Positions 7,651-17,772 of a DNA stretch of 32,000 nucleotides are shown piece by piece. This DNA is from Trichlorobacter lovleyi SZ (lineage in GTDB: Bacteria; Desulfobacterota; Desulfuromonadia; Geobacterales; Pseudopelobacteraceae): assembly GCF_000020385.1 (NCBI RefSeq), contig NC_010814.1, positions 420,001-452,000 on the forward strand, read 5' to 3'. The translations under genes and the position numbers were made by a program. How positions within the stretch are numbered: position 1 is the first letter of the stretch; the number at the start of each line of letters is the position of its first letter. A model generated the notes under the pieces. That model was not told the DNA's origin. It did no database searches and saw only the letters and a program-made list of their open reading frames with translations.

Positions 7651-8847
7651 ATGTCCGATTGTACAGAGGGGCCGGGTTGTACCATGCGTTTTTCCCTGAA
7701 TGAACATGTCAAGGCAGTGCACCCTCCTCCCATCAGCGAGGTGAAGGAATGGGCCGCCCAGCGCCCTGCTGATGCGGCAGCGCTGATCGACCTTTGTCAG
7801 GCGGTGCCGGACTATGCCCCGCCAGCCGGGATGATCAGCCATATCCAACAGATGGCGCTGGATCCGCTGACCAGCCGCTACAGCCCGGATGAGGGACTGG
7901 CTGAGGTGCGGGAGTCGGTCTGTCATCGCTACCGGCGCCGTTATGCTGCCAAGATCAACCCGGAGCAGGTCTGTCTGACCGTCGGGGCCAGCGCCGCTTT
8001 CTGGCTGGCCATGTTGACCCTCTGCCATGCCGGTGATGAGGTGATTGTCCAGCTGCCCTGCTACTTTGATCACCCGATGGCCCTTGGCAGTCTGGGGATC
8101 AGGCCGGTCTATGCACCGTACAAGGAAAACGAGAAGGGACTGCCCAATCCGGACAGCATTGCCAGGCTGATTACCCCCCGTACCAGAGCGATCCTGCTGG
8201 TCTCCCCCAGCAACCCTACCGGCACGGTAATCCCGCCCGACCTGCTGCGCCGGTTGTATTTTCTGGCCCAGCAGCACCGGATTGCTTTGATTCTGGATGA
8301 GACTTACAGTGATTTTATCGAAGGGATGCCCCATGATCTGTTTACCATGGAAGAGTGGGGCAGCACCCTGCTGCAGATCATGTCATTCGGCAAGAGCTAT
8401 GCCCTGACCGGCTACCGGGCCGGTATGCTGGCTGCGGCACCGGAGGTGATCAGACAGGCCTTAAAGATTCAGGATACCATGACGGTCTGCCAGCCCCGCA
8501 TTACCCAGCTGGCGCTGCAGTACGGCCTGGATCATCTGGATCAGTGGGTGGAAATAAACCGGCGGATGATGACCTTCCGCCATAATCTGTTTACTGAGGA
8601 GTTCTCCCTGCCGGGTAACCGTTTCCGGCTGGCAGCCAGCGGCAGTTTCTTCGCCTGGGTCAAACATCCCTTTCCCGGCAAGAGCGGCCGTGAGGTGGCC
8701 AGGCGACTGGCCGTCGAGGCCGGTATCCTGACCCTGCCGGGGGAAGTCTTCGGCCCCGGCCTGGAAGACTACCTGCGTCTGGCATTCGGCAACATCAAGG
8801 AAAAGGCGATCCCTGAGGCGATCCACCGCTTCCGGCGTTTTGCCTGA
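7651..8847 (+). CDS. PLP-dependent aminotransferase, class I/II
   Basis: It has SPSNPTG, LILDETYSDF and the PLP-lysine block SFGKSYALTGYRAG. The start is ambiguous (7651 or 7684) and neither candidate has a clear Shine-Dalgarno. Confidence 0.85.
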   Translation: MSDCTEGPGCTMRFSLNEHVKAVHPPPISEVKEWAAQRPADAAALIDLCQAVPDYAPPAGMISHIQQMALDPLTSRYSPDEGLAEVRESVCHRYRRRYAAKINPEQVCLTVGASAAFWLAMLTLCHAGDEVIVQLPCYFDHPMALGSLGIRPVYAPYKENEKGLPNPDSIARLITPRTRAILLVSPSNPTGTVIPPDLLRRLYFLAQQHRIALILDETYSDFIEGMPHDLFTMEEWGSTLLQIMSFGKSYALTGYRAGMLAAAPEVIRQALKIQDTMTVCQPRITQLALQYGLDHLDQWVEINRRMMTFRHNLFTEEFSLPGNRFRLAASGSFFAWVKHPFPGKSGREVARRLAVEAGILTLPGEVFGPGLEDYLRLAFGNIKEKAIPEAIHRFRRFA

Positions 8848-8893
8848 TTATCCGCTTGCCCCGTAGCGGGACAGCACCTATACTGCGTAAACT

Positions 8894-9496
8894 ATGCATA
8901 TTCATCAGACAACCTTCATCAAAAGCGCCGTTAAACCGGCAGACTATCCACCGGTTGACCTGCCTGAGATCGCCTTTGCCGGGCGCTCGAACGTCGGTAA
9001 ATCATCCCTGATCAACGTCATTGTCGAGCGCAAGGCCTTGGTACGCACCAGTTCCACCCCCGGCCGGACCCAGCTGATCAACTTCTTTCAGGTGACCGGC
9101 GTCCCGTTCTCGCTCAACCTGGTTGACCTGCCCGGCTACGGCTATGCCAAGGTGCCGCTGGATGTGAAGCGCCAGTGGGGGCCGATGATGGAGCGCTATC
9201 TTTCGGGCCGGGAGTCGTTGCGCGGGGTGGTGTTGATCCTGGATATCCGCCGGATCCCCTCCGAGGAAGACCTGCAGATGCTGAACTGGCTGCGCTCCTA
9301 CAAGCGTCGTCCGATCATCGTACTGACCAAGTGCGACAAGGTAACCAAAAACGAGCGGGCCAGGCAGACCGCTGCTATTGCCGCCAGGCTGGAGATGGAC
9401 AAGTCGCAGCTGATTCATTTCTCTGCCCTTTCAAAGGATGGCCGTGATACGGTCTGGCAGGCGATCCAGGATGCTGTGGAGGAGGACGCTCCATGA
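8894..9496 (+). CDS. engB: Ribosome-biogenesis GTPase EngB/YsxC
   Basis: G1 [13 protein letters not shown]3 DLPGYGYA and G4 TKCDK are present. Length and layout are typical of EngB. Confidence 0.9.
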   Translation: MHIHQTTFIKSAVKPADYPPVDLPEIAFAGRSNVGKSSLINVIVERKALVRTSSTPGRTQLINFFQVTGVPFSLNLVDLPGYGYAKVPLDVKRQWGPMMERYLSGRESLRGVVLILDIRRIPSEEDLQMLNWLRSYKRRPIIVLTKCDKVTKNERARQTAAIAARLEMDKSQLIHFSALSKDGRDTVWQAIQDAVEEDAP

Positions 9497-10293
9497 CCAG
9501 AACCATGCCTGACCTGCAGCAGAGCCGTGACCACCGCAAGATTCCGATCCGCAAGGTGGGGGTCAAAAATATCTCCTACCCGATTGTGGTACAGGACAAA
9601 CACCGCTCCCTGCAACATACCGTGGCCACGGTGGATATGTACGTGGACCTGCCGCACCAGTTCAAGGGCACCCATATGAGCCGCTTTGTGGAGATCCTGA
9701 ACCGGCACCGGGAGCAGATCGCCCTTGACCGGCTGGAGGAGATCCTGCAGGAGATGCGCCAGAAGCTGGGGGCCGAGACCGCCCACCTGCGGGTGGAGTT
9801 CCCCTACTTTATCGACAAGGCTGCCCCGGTCTCCAGGGCCCGTTCTCTGATGGAGTACACCTGTGAGTTTGACGCCTGTCTCAATGGCGACCAACTGGAT
9901 TTTGTGCTGGGGGTCAAGGTGCCGGTTACCTCGCTCTGCCCCTGCAGCAAGGAGCTGTCACAGTTTGGCGCCCACAATCAGCGCAGCATCATGACCGTCA
10001 AGGTACGCTATCGGGAGTTTATCTGGATTGAAGATCTGGTGGAGCTGATTGAACAGTGCGGCAGCAGCCCGCTCTATGCCCTGCTGAAACGGGCCGATGA
10101 AAAGCACGTCACTGAACAGGCCTACCTGAACCCCCGTTTTGTGGAGGATATGGTGCGGGAGGCCTACCTGCGGCTGGCTGCCTCAGAGAATATCACCTGG
10201 TTCTCGGTTGAGGCGGAAAACTTCGAGTCGATCCATAACCATTCGGCCTATGCGGAGGTGGAGCTGGACCGGCGGGATCTGCGGCAGCCATGA
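9493..10293 (+). CDS. folE2: GTP cyclohydrolase IB (FolE2/MptA family)
   Basis: The FolE2-like N-terminus is [26 protein letters not shown]. It also has the CPCSKE...GAHNQRS block and is about 266 aa long. There is a 4-nt ATGA overlap with engB. Confidence 0.8.
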   Translation: MTRTMPDLQQSRDHRKIPIRKVGVKNISYPIVVQDKHRSLQHTVATVDMYVDLPHQFKGTHMSRFVEILNRHREQIALDRLEEILQEMRQKLGAETAHLRVEFPYFIDKAAPVSRARSLMEYTCEFDACLNGDQLDFVLGVKVPVTSLCPCSKELSQFGAHNQRSIMTVKVRYREFIWIEDLVELIEQCGSSPLYALLKRADEKHVTEQAYLNPRFVEDMVREAYLRLAASENITWFSVEAENFESIHNHSAYAEVELDRRDLRQP

Positions 10294-11018
10294 GGCCGAT
10301 CCTGATTCTGTCTGCCGTGCCCTGCGAGCTTGAGCTGCTGCTCAATGCGCTGGAGGAACCGTACTGTGACCCCGACGCCGTCTTCTCTGCAACGGAAGGG
10401 AACATCGGCGCCACCCGGCTGGTCTGCTGTGCCGGCGGGATCGGCAAGGCCAATGCCGCATCGGCAGCCACCTCGCTGGTCGAGCGCTATCATCCGCAGC
10501 TGATCATTAATATCGGCTGTGGCGGTGCCTACCCCGGTAGCGGGCTTTCGGTGGGCGATCTGGCTGTGGCAAGTGATGAGATCTTTGGCGATGAAGGGGT
10601 GCTGACTCCGGCCGGCTGGATGGATATGAAGCAGGTGGGGTTACCGCTCTTCTCGGAAGGGGAGCGCGCCTGGTATAACAGTATTCCGCTGGCCAGGCAT
10701 GAGGCGCAAAAGGCGATGCAGCTGGCAGACAGCCATGGTCTGCAGCTGGTGCGGGGGCGCTTTGTAACGGTGTCAAGCTGCAGCGGTACCAAGGCCCGTG
10801 GTCTGGAACTGGCCCGGCGCTACCAGGCGGTCTGCGAGAATATGGAGGGGGCGGCCATTGCCTTGACGGCACTGCGCTACGGCGGGATTCCCTGCCTCGA
10901 GATCCGGGGGATCAGCAACCTGGTGGAAGACCGCGATATGGCGCGCTGGGATATCGGCCGGGCCGTGGAGGCGGCGCAGCGCTTTGTGATCAAGGTGATT
11001 GAAGAGTATTCCAAATAG
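10290..11018 (+). CDS. PNP_UDP_1 family nucleosidase, futalosine hydrolase (MqnB)-like or MTA/SAH-nucleosidase-like
   Basis: The protein is about 240 aa, with GGIGKANAA, INIGCGGA and ENMEGAAIA blocks typical of Pfs/MqnB nucleosidases. There is a 4-nt overlap with folE2. The subfamily cannot be fixed by eye. Confidence 0.6.
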   Translation: MRPILILSAVPCELELLLNALEEPYCDPDAVFSATEGNIGATRLVCCAGGIGKANAASAATSLVERYHPQLIINIGCGGAYPGSGLSVGDLAVASDEIFGDEGVLTPAGWMDMKQVGLPLFSEGERAWYNSIPLARHEAQKAMQLADSHGLQLVRGRFVTVSSCSGTKARGLELARRYQAVCENMEGAAIALTALRYGGIPCLEIRGISNLVEDRDMARWDIGRAVEAAQRFVIKVIEEYSK

Positions 11019-11024
11019 CAGCCG

Positions 11025-11576
11025 CTACTGGCTGAACTCCGGCGGCAATCCGGCCTTGTTGGCCTGCTCCACCAGTTGGTTGAAACGCAGCCGTGTTGCC
11101 TCATATTCCTGATTAAGCTGCTTGGTGCGAATATTGTAGTCGGTTACTTGCTGATTCGATAGCATCCTTTTGCCTTCGCCAATCTGCTGTTTCAACAGTT
11201 CGCGATCCTGTTCAATCCGTTTCAGTTCAGCACGCAGTTGACGAAACTCGGTCTGCCATGCAGCAGCGCTGCGATCACCGAATCTGGTGGCCGACGTTGC
11301 TGTTGCACCGCCGTTGGCGTCTGCTGCGGGGGGGCCAGCTTTGGCAGCCGGTGCTGCGTCAGGCCTGGAGGCTGGTGTGGCAGCGGCGGGCCGGGTGTCA
11401 CTGCCGGTCTCCTCACCGGCTACCTGACGCAGTGCCTTGGTCCGGTATTTGGGGGGCACGGCGCCGATATCATCGGTAAAGTGGATCGTTCCGGCAGGAT
11501 CGGTCCAGGAATAGGTGGCTGCCCCTGATGATACTGGCAGCAGCAGTGCGAGTGCCAACAGCGCCAGACGTGTCAT
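11025..11576 (-). CDS. Secreted DUF4124-domain protein with Ala/Pro-rich linker and C-terminal coiled coil
   Basis: A signal peptide (MTRLALLALALLLPVSSGAA) is followed by the DUF4124-like motif YSWTDPAGTIHFTDD. A GGAAAGG Shine-Dalgarno precedes the ATG at 11576. The upstream extension to 11672 overlaps yggS. Confidence 0.65.
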   Translation of the reverse strand: MTRLALLALALLLPVSSGAATYSWTDPAGTIHFTDDIGAVPPKYRTKALRQVAGEETGSDTRPAAATPASRPDAAPAAKAGPPAADANGGATATSATRFGDRSAAAWQTEFRQLRAELKRIEQDRELLKQQIGEGKRMLSNQQVTDYNIRTKQLNQEYEATRLRFNQLVEQANKAGLPPEFSQ

Positions 11577-11604
11577 TGAAACCTTCCTTTCCAGCAGTAG
11601 ACTC

Positions 11605-12291
11605 CTAGCGTCCACCAAAAATAGCCGTGCCGACCCGTACCAGGGTGGCACCTTCCTCAATCGCCACTTCAAAATCGCCGGACATCCCCATAGAAAGCTC
11701 AGTCATCTCGACAGCGGGAATCTGCTCACTGCTGATCCGGTCTGCCAGCAACCGCAGCTCTCTGAAATAGGGCCGGGCTGCCTCAGGATCATCAAAAAAA
11801 GGCGGCATGGTCATCAGCCCGCGCACCCTGACGTTAGGCAATTTGGCAATGTGTCTGACCAGCTCAACAGCCTCAGTTGCGGTTGTGCCTGACTTCGTGG
11901 CCTCCCCCGAGACATTGACCTGCACCAGAATATCACAAGCTGCAGACTGTTTGTCGCGCCACTGCCGGTCAATCTCCTGGGCCAGTGACAGGCGGTCAAC
12001 CGTATGGATCATGCTGACAATGCCGGGCAGGTACTTGACCTTGTTGCTCTGCAGGTGGCCGATCATATGCCACTCAACGGGACGGGCCAGTTGAGCTGCC
12101 TTGTCGACCAGCTCCTGGACATAGTTTTCTCCAAAAACAGTCTGCCCGGCAGCGGCAGCCTCGGCAACCAGCGCTGCCGGATGCAGCTTGGAGACCGCCA
12201 CCAGCCGCACCGTGGAAGGGGCTCTGCCCGAGATCGTGCAGGCTCGTTGTATGCGGGCCTGCACTGCAGCAAGATTACCGGTGACAGACAT
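11605..12291 (-). CDS. yggS: YggS-family PLP homeostasis protein
   Basis: The VAVSK PLP-lysine block, FGENYVQE and HMIGHLQSNK are present. The length is 228 aa. Confidence 0.9.
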   Translation of the reverse strand: MSVTGNLAAVQARIQRACTISGRAPSTVRLVAVSKLHPAALVAEAAAAGQTVFGENYVQELVDKAAQLARPVEWHMIGHLQSNKVKYLPGIVSMIHTVDRLSLAQEIDRQWRDKQSAACDILVQVNVSGEATKSGTTATEAVELVRHIAKLPNVRVRGLMTMPPFFDDPEAARPYFRELRLLADRISSEQIPAVEMTELSMGMSGDFEVAIEEGATLVRVGTAIFGGR

Positions 12292-12294
12292 CAG

Positions 12295-14004
12295 CTAGAC
12301 CCTGAACCGGCCTACCAGGTTGGCCAGGTTGCCGGACATGTTTGCAAGCTCGGTCGCCTCCTGACCGGTGGCATGGGCCTGGGCTGTGCTTGTGTCCACT
12401 GCTGAGACAATCCGCTGCATGTTACCGCTGATGTCGTTGGTGGTGGCGGTCTGTTCTTCGGCGGCAGTGGCGATCTGGTTGATCTGGCTGGTCACTTCAG
12501 AGATTTGAGCCAGGATCTCCTCCAGGGCCTGCCCTGATTTTGCCGCCTCGATGGTACCCTGCTCTACCGCCTGCACTCCGGCGCCCATGCTGGCGACCGC
12601 TGTGGCGGTCTCCTGCTGGATGACCTTGATCATTTCGCCGATCTCCCGGGTGGCCCGGGTGGTCCGCTCTGCCAGGGCCCGCACCTCATCGGCCACCACG
12701 GCAAACCCGCGTCCCATCTCACCGGCCCGGGCCGCTTCTATGGCGGCATTCAGTGCCAGCAGGTTGGTCTGATCGGCAATGTCCTCGATGGTGCCGATAA
12801 TCTGTCCGATCTGGTCCGAGCGGGCTCCCAGTGTTTCTACCGTATGGGAGCTTTCCTGTACCCGGTCGGCAATGGCCCGGATGCTGGCCACAGCCTGGCT
12901 GACTACCGCAGAGCCATCCTGGGCCGTCAGGCAGGCGCGGTTGGCATTTTCATAGGCCTGGGCGCAGCTCTGGGCAATACTCTGGGAGGTGGCTGCCATC
13001 TCTTCAACGGCGGTTGCCACCGACACCGATTGGGATGACATCTCAAGCGAGCTGTCGGCAATGTGTTCTGCGGTTGCATGAAGACGGTCAGCAGCGGAGT
13101 TGAGTTCTTGGGTCCCCTGTGACACGTCGCGGATGATGTTGTGCAGGTTTTCAAGAAAGCGGTTAAAGGTGCGGGCCAGGACTCCGGTCTCGTCCTCGCG
13201 CTGGATCGGCAGGCGCCGGGTCAGATCCCCTTCGCCGCTGGCCATCTGTTCCAGGGCCTGCTGCATGGTGTTCATCGGGCGTACCACCCCGCGGCCAATG
13301 GCAACGGCAATGGCGATACCGCAGGCAGCCAGCAGCAGGGTACCGGCCAGCAGGGTCCACATTACCCTGGCAGCCTGTTTGTCGACATCATCCACGTAGA
13401 TACCGCTCCCCAACACCCAGCCCCATGGCGCAAATTTTTTGACATAGGAGAGTTTGGGGTACAGTTCTTCAGTTGTACCGCCGCCCTGTTTGGGCTTGGG
13501 CCACTGGTACATCACAAAGCCGTGTCCGGCGCGGTCAGCCACCTCAACAAAGGCGGAAAACAGGTTCATATTGTCCAGTTTCTTGGTTGGCCCATCCGCA
13601 GCATCCTGCATCAATGTGGCCTTGTTAAACTTGGTGTCATCCAGGACCTTGCCGTTCAGGGCCGGCACCGTGGGGTGCATGATCATCCTGGGGGCAGGTT
13701 TGCCAAGGTCATTGATCCAGAGATATTCCTTGCCTTCATAGCGTAGCCTGGCGATCTGCTCAGTTGCCTCCTGCTGGGCCTGTTCAAGGGGCAGTTTGCC
13801 GGATTTGGCAGCGGCATCATACTGCTCCAGGACCCCCATGGCCAGTTCCACGATATGGCGGGTGGCCAGTTCTTTCTCTGTCATCAGGTTGTCCCTGAAC
13901 ATCGGCAGGATGTAGCCGAAGAGCGCTGAAATCAGTAATAGCATGGTCAGCAGGGTGATGCTGACAATCTTGCATTGGATGCACCAGTCGCGGTAACGTT
14001 TCAT
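12295..14004 (-). CDS. Methyl-accepting chemotaxis protein with periplasmic single-Cache domain, HAMP and MA signalling domain
   Basis: Two TM segments flank a Cache-like domain (EYLWINDLG...MIMHP...[20 protein letters not shown]). The highly conserved MCP hairpin is present ([40 protein letters not shown]). Confidence 0.9.
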   Translation of the reverse strand: MKRYRDWCIQCKIVSITLLTMLLLISALFGYILPMFRDNLMTEKELATRHIVELAMGVLEQYDAAAKSGKLPLEQAQQEATEQIARLRYEGKEYLWINDLGKPAPRMIMHPTVPALNGKVLDDTKFNKATLMQDAADGPTKKLDNMNLFSAFVEVADRAGHGFVMYQWPKPKQGGGTTEELYPKLSYVKKFAPWGWVLGSGIYVDDVDKQAARVMWTLLAGTLLLAACGIAIAVAIGRGVVRPMNTMQQALEQMASGEGDLTRRLPIQREDETGVLARTFNRFLENLHNIIRDVSQGTQELNSAADRLHATAEHIADSSLEMSSQSVSVATAVEEMAATSQSIAQSCAQAYENANRACLTAQDGSAVVSQAVASIRAIADRVQESSHTVETLGARSDQIGQIIGTIEDIADQTNLLALNAAIEAARAGEMGRGFAVVADEVRALAERTTRATREIGEMIKVIQQETATAVASMGAGVQAVEQGTIEAAKSGQALEEILAQISEVTSQINQIATAAEEQTATTNDISGNMQRIVSAVDTSTAQAHATGQEATELANMSGNLANLVGRFRV

Positions 14005-14651
14005 TAGTGTTGCTCCTCTTTAGGCCATGCGCCGATGGTATGCAGGGTCTCCACCAGTTCACAGGTGGGCAGCCCCACCACATTGGTGTAGGAACCGTGG
14101 ATCTCCCGCACAAAATGTGCTGCACCGCCCTGAATGGCATAGGCACCGGCCTTGTCCATCGGACAGCCGGTCTTGACGTAGTCTGAAATTTCCTGCTCTG
14201 ATAACTGTTTGAAGACAACCTGTGTCCGCACTGCACGCTTGATACAGACGTTGCTCTGCTTGTCCAGCACCGCGTAGGCGGTTACCACCTCATGCCCTTT
14301 GCCGGACAGCTCAGTCAGCATCCTGACCGCATCGTTTTGATCCGTCGGCTTGCCCATGATCCGGCCATCCAGTACCACGATCGTATCAGCACCGATAAAG
14401 AACTGTCCGTCCGCTTCCCGCCCGGCTGCAGCACGGGCCTTTTCTTCGGCCAGACGCAGGGCATGCTCTACCGCTTCCTCTCCCGGCATCGGCTCTTCGG
14501 GAATATCGGCCGGTGCAACCCGAAACCGGATACCTGCCAGTTCCAGCAGTTCGGAGCGGCGGGGCGAGGCAGAGGCCAGCACGACCGGATCAGTTGCCGC
14601 CACGTCTGCGCTCCTCTTCCCGTTCCTGCTCGCGCCGTTTTTGCTCCTCAA
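14004..14651 (-). CDS. maf: Maf-like nucleoside triphosphate pyrophosphatase
   Basis: [18 protein letters not shown] and AYAIQG blocks are present. The TAATG stop/start overlaps the MCP gene. The true start may be an internal GTG near 14583, just after the stop of the upstream small ORF. Confidence 0.85.
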   Translation of the reverse strand: MRSKNGASRNGKRSADVAATDPVVLASASPRRSELLELAGIRFRVAPADIPEEPMPGEEAVEHALRLAEEKARAAAGREADGQFFIGADTIVVLDGRIMGKPTDQNDAVRMLTELSGKGHEVVTAYAVLDKQSNVCIKRAVRTQVVFKQLSEQEISDYVKTGCPMDKAGAYAIQGGAAHFVREIHGSYTNVVGLPTCELVETLHTIGAWPKEEQH

Positions 14652-14868
14652 GCTCGGCCCAGTGGGCCTTCCAGTCCTTTTTCTTGACCTTGTGCAGGAT
14701 AAACACCCCTGGAATAATCAGGATACCAAAGAAGATATTTGACTCTATATGGTTCATCAAACCATAAATCAGTGAGGCTACACCCATTAAGAACAAGGCG
14801 ACTTCCAGTGAGAAAATCCTTCCGACCAGTGAGGCTTCCTGCAGTTCTTTCTGATCATCATGCTGCAT
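14590..14868 (-). CDS. Small hypothetical membrane protein (two predicted TM helices, highly charged C-terminus)
   Basis: This 92-aa ORF fills the glcD-maf gap. It has two hydrophobic stretches and a [28 protein letters not shown] tail. I recognise no homology. Confidence 0.4.
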   Translation of the reverse strand: MQHDDQKELQEASLVGRIFSLEVALFLMGVASLIYGLMNHIESNIFFGILIIPGVFILHKVKKKDWKAHWAELEEQKRREQEREEERRRGGN

Positions 14869-16258
14869 GGGGAGTGTCCTTCCAGGGGAATATTTTCCCC
14901 GGATTCAGAATGTTGTTGGGGTCCAGCGCCAGTTTGATTCCCTGCATGACCCTGATCTGGGCCGGGGTCAGTTCCATCTCGATAAAGGGTTGTTTGGCCA
15001 ATCCCACGCCATGCTCGCCCGACATGGTGCCGTTCAGGTCCAGGGCAGCCTGGAAGATCTCCTTGATCGCCTCATGGGCCTTTTCCTCCTGGCCCGGAAT
15101 CTCTTTGTTGATCATCACATTGACATGGATATTGCCGTCGCCGGCATGGCCGAAGTTGACGATCGGGATGTCGTATTTCTGCTGGATCTTTTCAATCTGT
15201 CGGATCACCACCGGTACCTTGCTGCGTGGCACCACAATATCCTCGTTGAACTTGTGGGGATTGACATCCCGCAGTGAAGGTGAGACCAGCCGCCGTACCT
15301 TCCAGAGTGCCTCAGATTCGGCATCATCCTTGGCCGCCCGGAACTGTACCAGTCCCAGCGGCTTGATCAGGTCATGGATGCGGGCAGCCTGCTTTTCGAT
15401 CAGCTCCCTGTCGCCATCCACCTCAATCAGCAGTACGGCCCGTCCTTCCGGCGGAATCCCCAGGTTAAAGCGCTTTTCAACACACTGCAGGGTGGCATAG
15501 TCCATAAATTCAAGGGTGGTGGGGATGATCTTGGCGCCGATGATGGTGGAGACCGCCCGGGCAGCGCCATCAATGGAATCAAAGATGGTCAGCATGGTTT
15601 TCTTTGCTTCGGGCAACGGCAGCAGTTTGAAGATGATTTTGGTGATGACTCCCAGGGTGCCTTCACTGCCGCACAACAGGCGGGTCAGGTCGTAGCCCAC
15701 CACCGCCTTGTAGGTCTCGGTGCCGGTACGGATGATCTCGCCCGTCGGGAGTACCAGCTCCAGCCCCATCACAAAATCTTTGGTAACGCCATATTTGACA
15801 CAGCGGGGGCCACCGGCATTTTCAGCGACATTGCCACCCAGGGTGGAAAATTTCAACGAGGCCGGATCGGGTGGATAGAACAGCCCCAACTTTTCTACTG
15901 CCTTCTGGAAATCCTCGGTCACTACTCCCGGTTCCACCTCGGCAATCAGGTTTTCGGTGTCAATCCGCAGGATCCTGTTCATTCGGGTGGTCACCAGTAC
16001 CACGCCGCCGGCCTTGGGCAGGGCGCCGCCGGTAAAGCCGCTGCCGGCACCACGGGGAAAAACCGGAAATGTACGTTGATTGGCCAGGCGCAGGACCGCT
16101 GCCGTCTCTTCCGCATTGGCCGGATGCACCACGGCAGCGGGAAGAAACTCCATCTGGGTGGCATCGTAGCCGTAGCAGATCAGGTCCTGCTTTTCAGTGG
16201 CAAGATTTTCAGGGCCGACAATGGCACGGAGTTCTTCGATAATGGACAGGGCCAGCAT
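14858..16258 (-). CDS. FAD-linked oxidase (GlcD/D-lactate dehydrogenase family)
   Basis: The protein is 466 aa, with an FAD_binding_4 N-terminal half (PRGAGSGFTGGALP) and a C-terminal GEHGVGLAK block typical of GlcD/D-LDH. No glcE or glcF lies next to it. Confidence 0.85.
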   Translation of the reverse strand: MLALSIIEELRAIVGPENLATEKQDLICYGYDATQMEFLPAAVVHPANAEETAAVLRLANQRTFPVFPRGAGSGFTGGALPKAGGVVLVTTRMNRILRIDTENLIAEVEPGVVTEDFQKAVEKLGLFYPPDPASLKFSTLGGNVAENAGGPRCVKYGVTKDFVMGLELVLPTGEIIRTGTETYKAVVGYDLTRLLCGSEGTLGVITKIIFKLLPLPEAKKTMLTIFDSIDGAARAVSTIIGAKIIPTTLEFMDYATLQCVEKRFNLGIPPEGRAVLLIEVDGDRELIEKQAARIHDLIKPLGLVQFRAAKDDAESEALWKVRRLVSPSLRDVNPHKFNEDIVVPRSKVPVVIRQIEKIQQKYDIPIVNFGHAGDGNIHVNVMINKEIPGQEEKAHEAIKEIFQAALDLNGTMSGEHGVGLAKQPFIEMELTPAQIRVMQGIKLALDPNNILNPGKIFPWKDTPHAA

Positions 16259-16362
16259 TTGTATAGGTACCTCGTATCAACCGTAGTTAAAAAGATAAAA
16301 CTTACCCGATTCAGCAATCCAAAAGCAAGGGAAACGGGTTGCCTTGGGCTGGAACAGCCATT

Positions 16363-17772
16363 CTATGCGCTGACAGGCCGGCCGCTGACAGTCTCCGGGG
16401 ATGAAACCTCAATCCTGAGTTCTGCTCCGCCATTGATGTTTCGGGCGGTCAGTCGTCCCTGCATACTGTTTTCAATAATCGCCTTGGCCATAAAGAGGCC
16501 GAGCCCGGTGCCCTGACTCTTGAATTTAGTGGTGAAGTAAGGATCAAAAATCTTGGGCAGGATAGCAGCGTCAATACCACCACCATTGTCCCAGACGGTC
16601 ACCACACCCTGACCCTGTTCCTTGAAGATCGTTATCCGGATCAAGGCCTTCGGTACCGCGCGGAACAGGAGTGCCTCCCTGGCATTGTTGAGAATGTTGA
16701 TCAGGGCCTGATGGTACTCGCCCGGATAACCGGTGATGCTGACTTCTTCCTTCTCGACACAGCTGACCGTGATGCCGTGGCCGGTCATGCCGGCAGCCAG
16801 AAAATCGACAATCTTGGCCACAGCCTGATTAACACTGAAGCGTTGCGGTGTAGCGTCCTGGCGGAAAATATTGCGGAAGTTGTTGATGGTACCGGACATG
16901 AACTGGATGATTTCCAGCGCTTTGGCCACATCCTGGTCGCATTGCTGCGGCGACAGTTCACCGCTGTTGCAGAGAAGCTGCAGGTTTTGGATCAACAGTG
17001 CAATGTTGTTGAGCGGTTGTCGCCACTGATGTGCGATATTGCTGATCATTTCACCCATGGCGGCCTGGCGTCCCTGCTGGATCAGCAGCCGGTCTTTATG
17101 GCGGATATCGACGAGCGCTTCGCTGATCCGCTGTTCCAATAGCCGGTTGAGCTTTTCGGTGGCCTGGCGGGCCTCTTCAAGGTCAAGGTTCATCCGGCGC
17201 AACGATGCTTCTGCCTGCTTGCGTTCGGTGATGTCCTGTGCCACCCCCAGATAACCGTTAATGACGCCGTTTTCTCCCCGGATGGCCGTTACTACCAGCT
17301 CTACCTGCAAGTATCTCCCATCTTTGCAAATATAGGTCCATTCGCGTTTTTCGGCGTGTCCATGTTCTGTGGATTCGATAAAGGTTTGAAAGCCGGTAAC
17401 GGTATGACTGTACTGGGCGCTCAGTTCGGCGCCACGCTGTTCTACCTCCAGAGGCAGGTGAAACAGCAGTACGGTTGCTGTGCCGATCAACTCTTCCGCG
17501 CGATAGCCCAACAGGTTTTCAGCCCCCTGGTTGAAGATGGTGATCGTGCCGTCCGGGCTGGTGGCGATGATGGCTACTTCAGTGGCTGCATCCATTACGG
17601 CTTGAAGCGAGGCGTTGGCTGCGGCCAGCGATCTCCTTGATTCCTCAAGTTCACGCAATCTTGCCTTCAGCTCGGAATAGTAGTTTTTGTGGGATGACTG
17701 TTCTCCCAAACCAATGATCCGGTTGCGCAGCTCAGACCAGTCCCGGCTATGCTCTTCAGAACGCCGCCGCAT
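16363..17772 (-). CDS. PAS-domain sensor histidine kinase (HisKA plus HATPase_c)
   Basis: It has a PAS region, the H-box ISNIAHQWRQPLN, and N/G boxes (NNAREAL, DNGGGI, GTGLGL). The ORF opens at 17868. The ATG at 17772 gives a 17-nt overlap with the ADH stop instead of about 110 nt. Confidence 0.85.
   Translation of the reverse strand: MRRRSEEHSRDWSELRNRIIGLGEQSSHKNYYSELKARLRELEESRRSLAAANASLQAVMDAATEVAIIATSPDGTITIFNQGAENLLGYRAEELIGTATVLLFHLPLEVEQRGAELSAQYSHTVTGFQTFIESTEHGHAEKREWTYICKDGRYLQVELVVTAIRGENGVINGYLGVAQDITERKQAEASLRRMNLDLEEARQATEKLNRLLEQRISEALVDIRHKDRLLIQQGRQAAMGEMISNIAHQWRQPLNNIALLIQNLQLLCNSGELSPQQCDQDVAKALEIIQFMSGTINNFRNIFRQDATPQRFSVNQAVAKIVDFLAAGMTGHGITVSCVEKEEVSITGYPGEYHQALINILNNAREALLFRAVPKALIRITIFKEQGQGVVTVWDNGGGIDAAILPKIFDPYFTTKFKSQGTGLGLFMAKAIIENSMQGRLTARNINGGAELRIEVSSPETVSGRPVSA

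Noticed and set aside
15374-16516. Long antisense ORFs opposite well-supported genes. Examples are 15374-16516 (+), 20102-20845 (-), 7591-8334 (-), 29323-30063 (-), 23571-24239 (+), 13141-13746 (+) and 9415-9894 (-).
   Set aside because: Each lies entirely antisense to a gene with clear family motifs. Their translations are low-complexity and rich in Arg, Gly, Pro and Gln, as expected for the antisense frames of GC-rich coding DNA. None has a Shine-Dalgarno or a recognisable domain.
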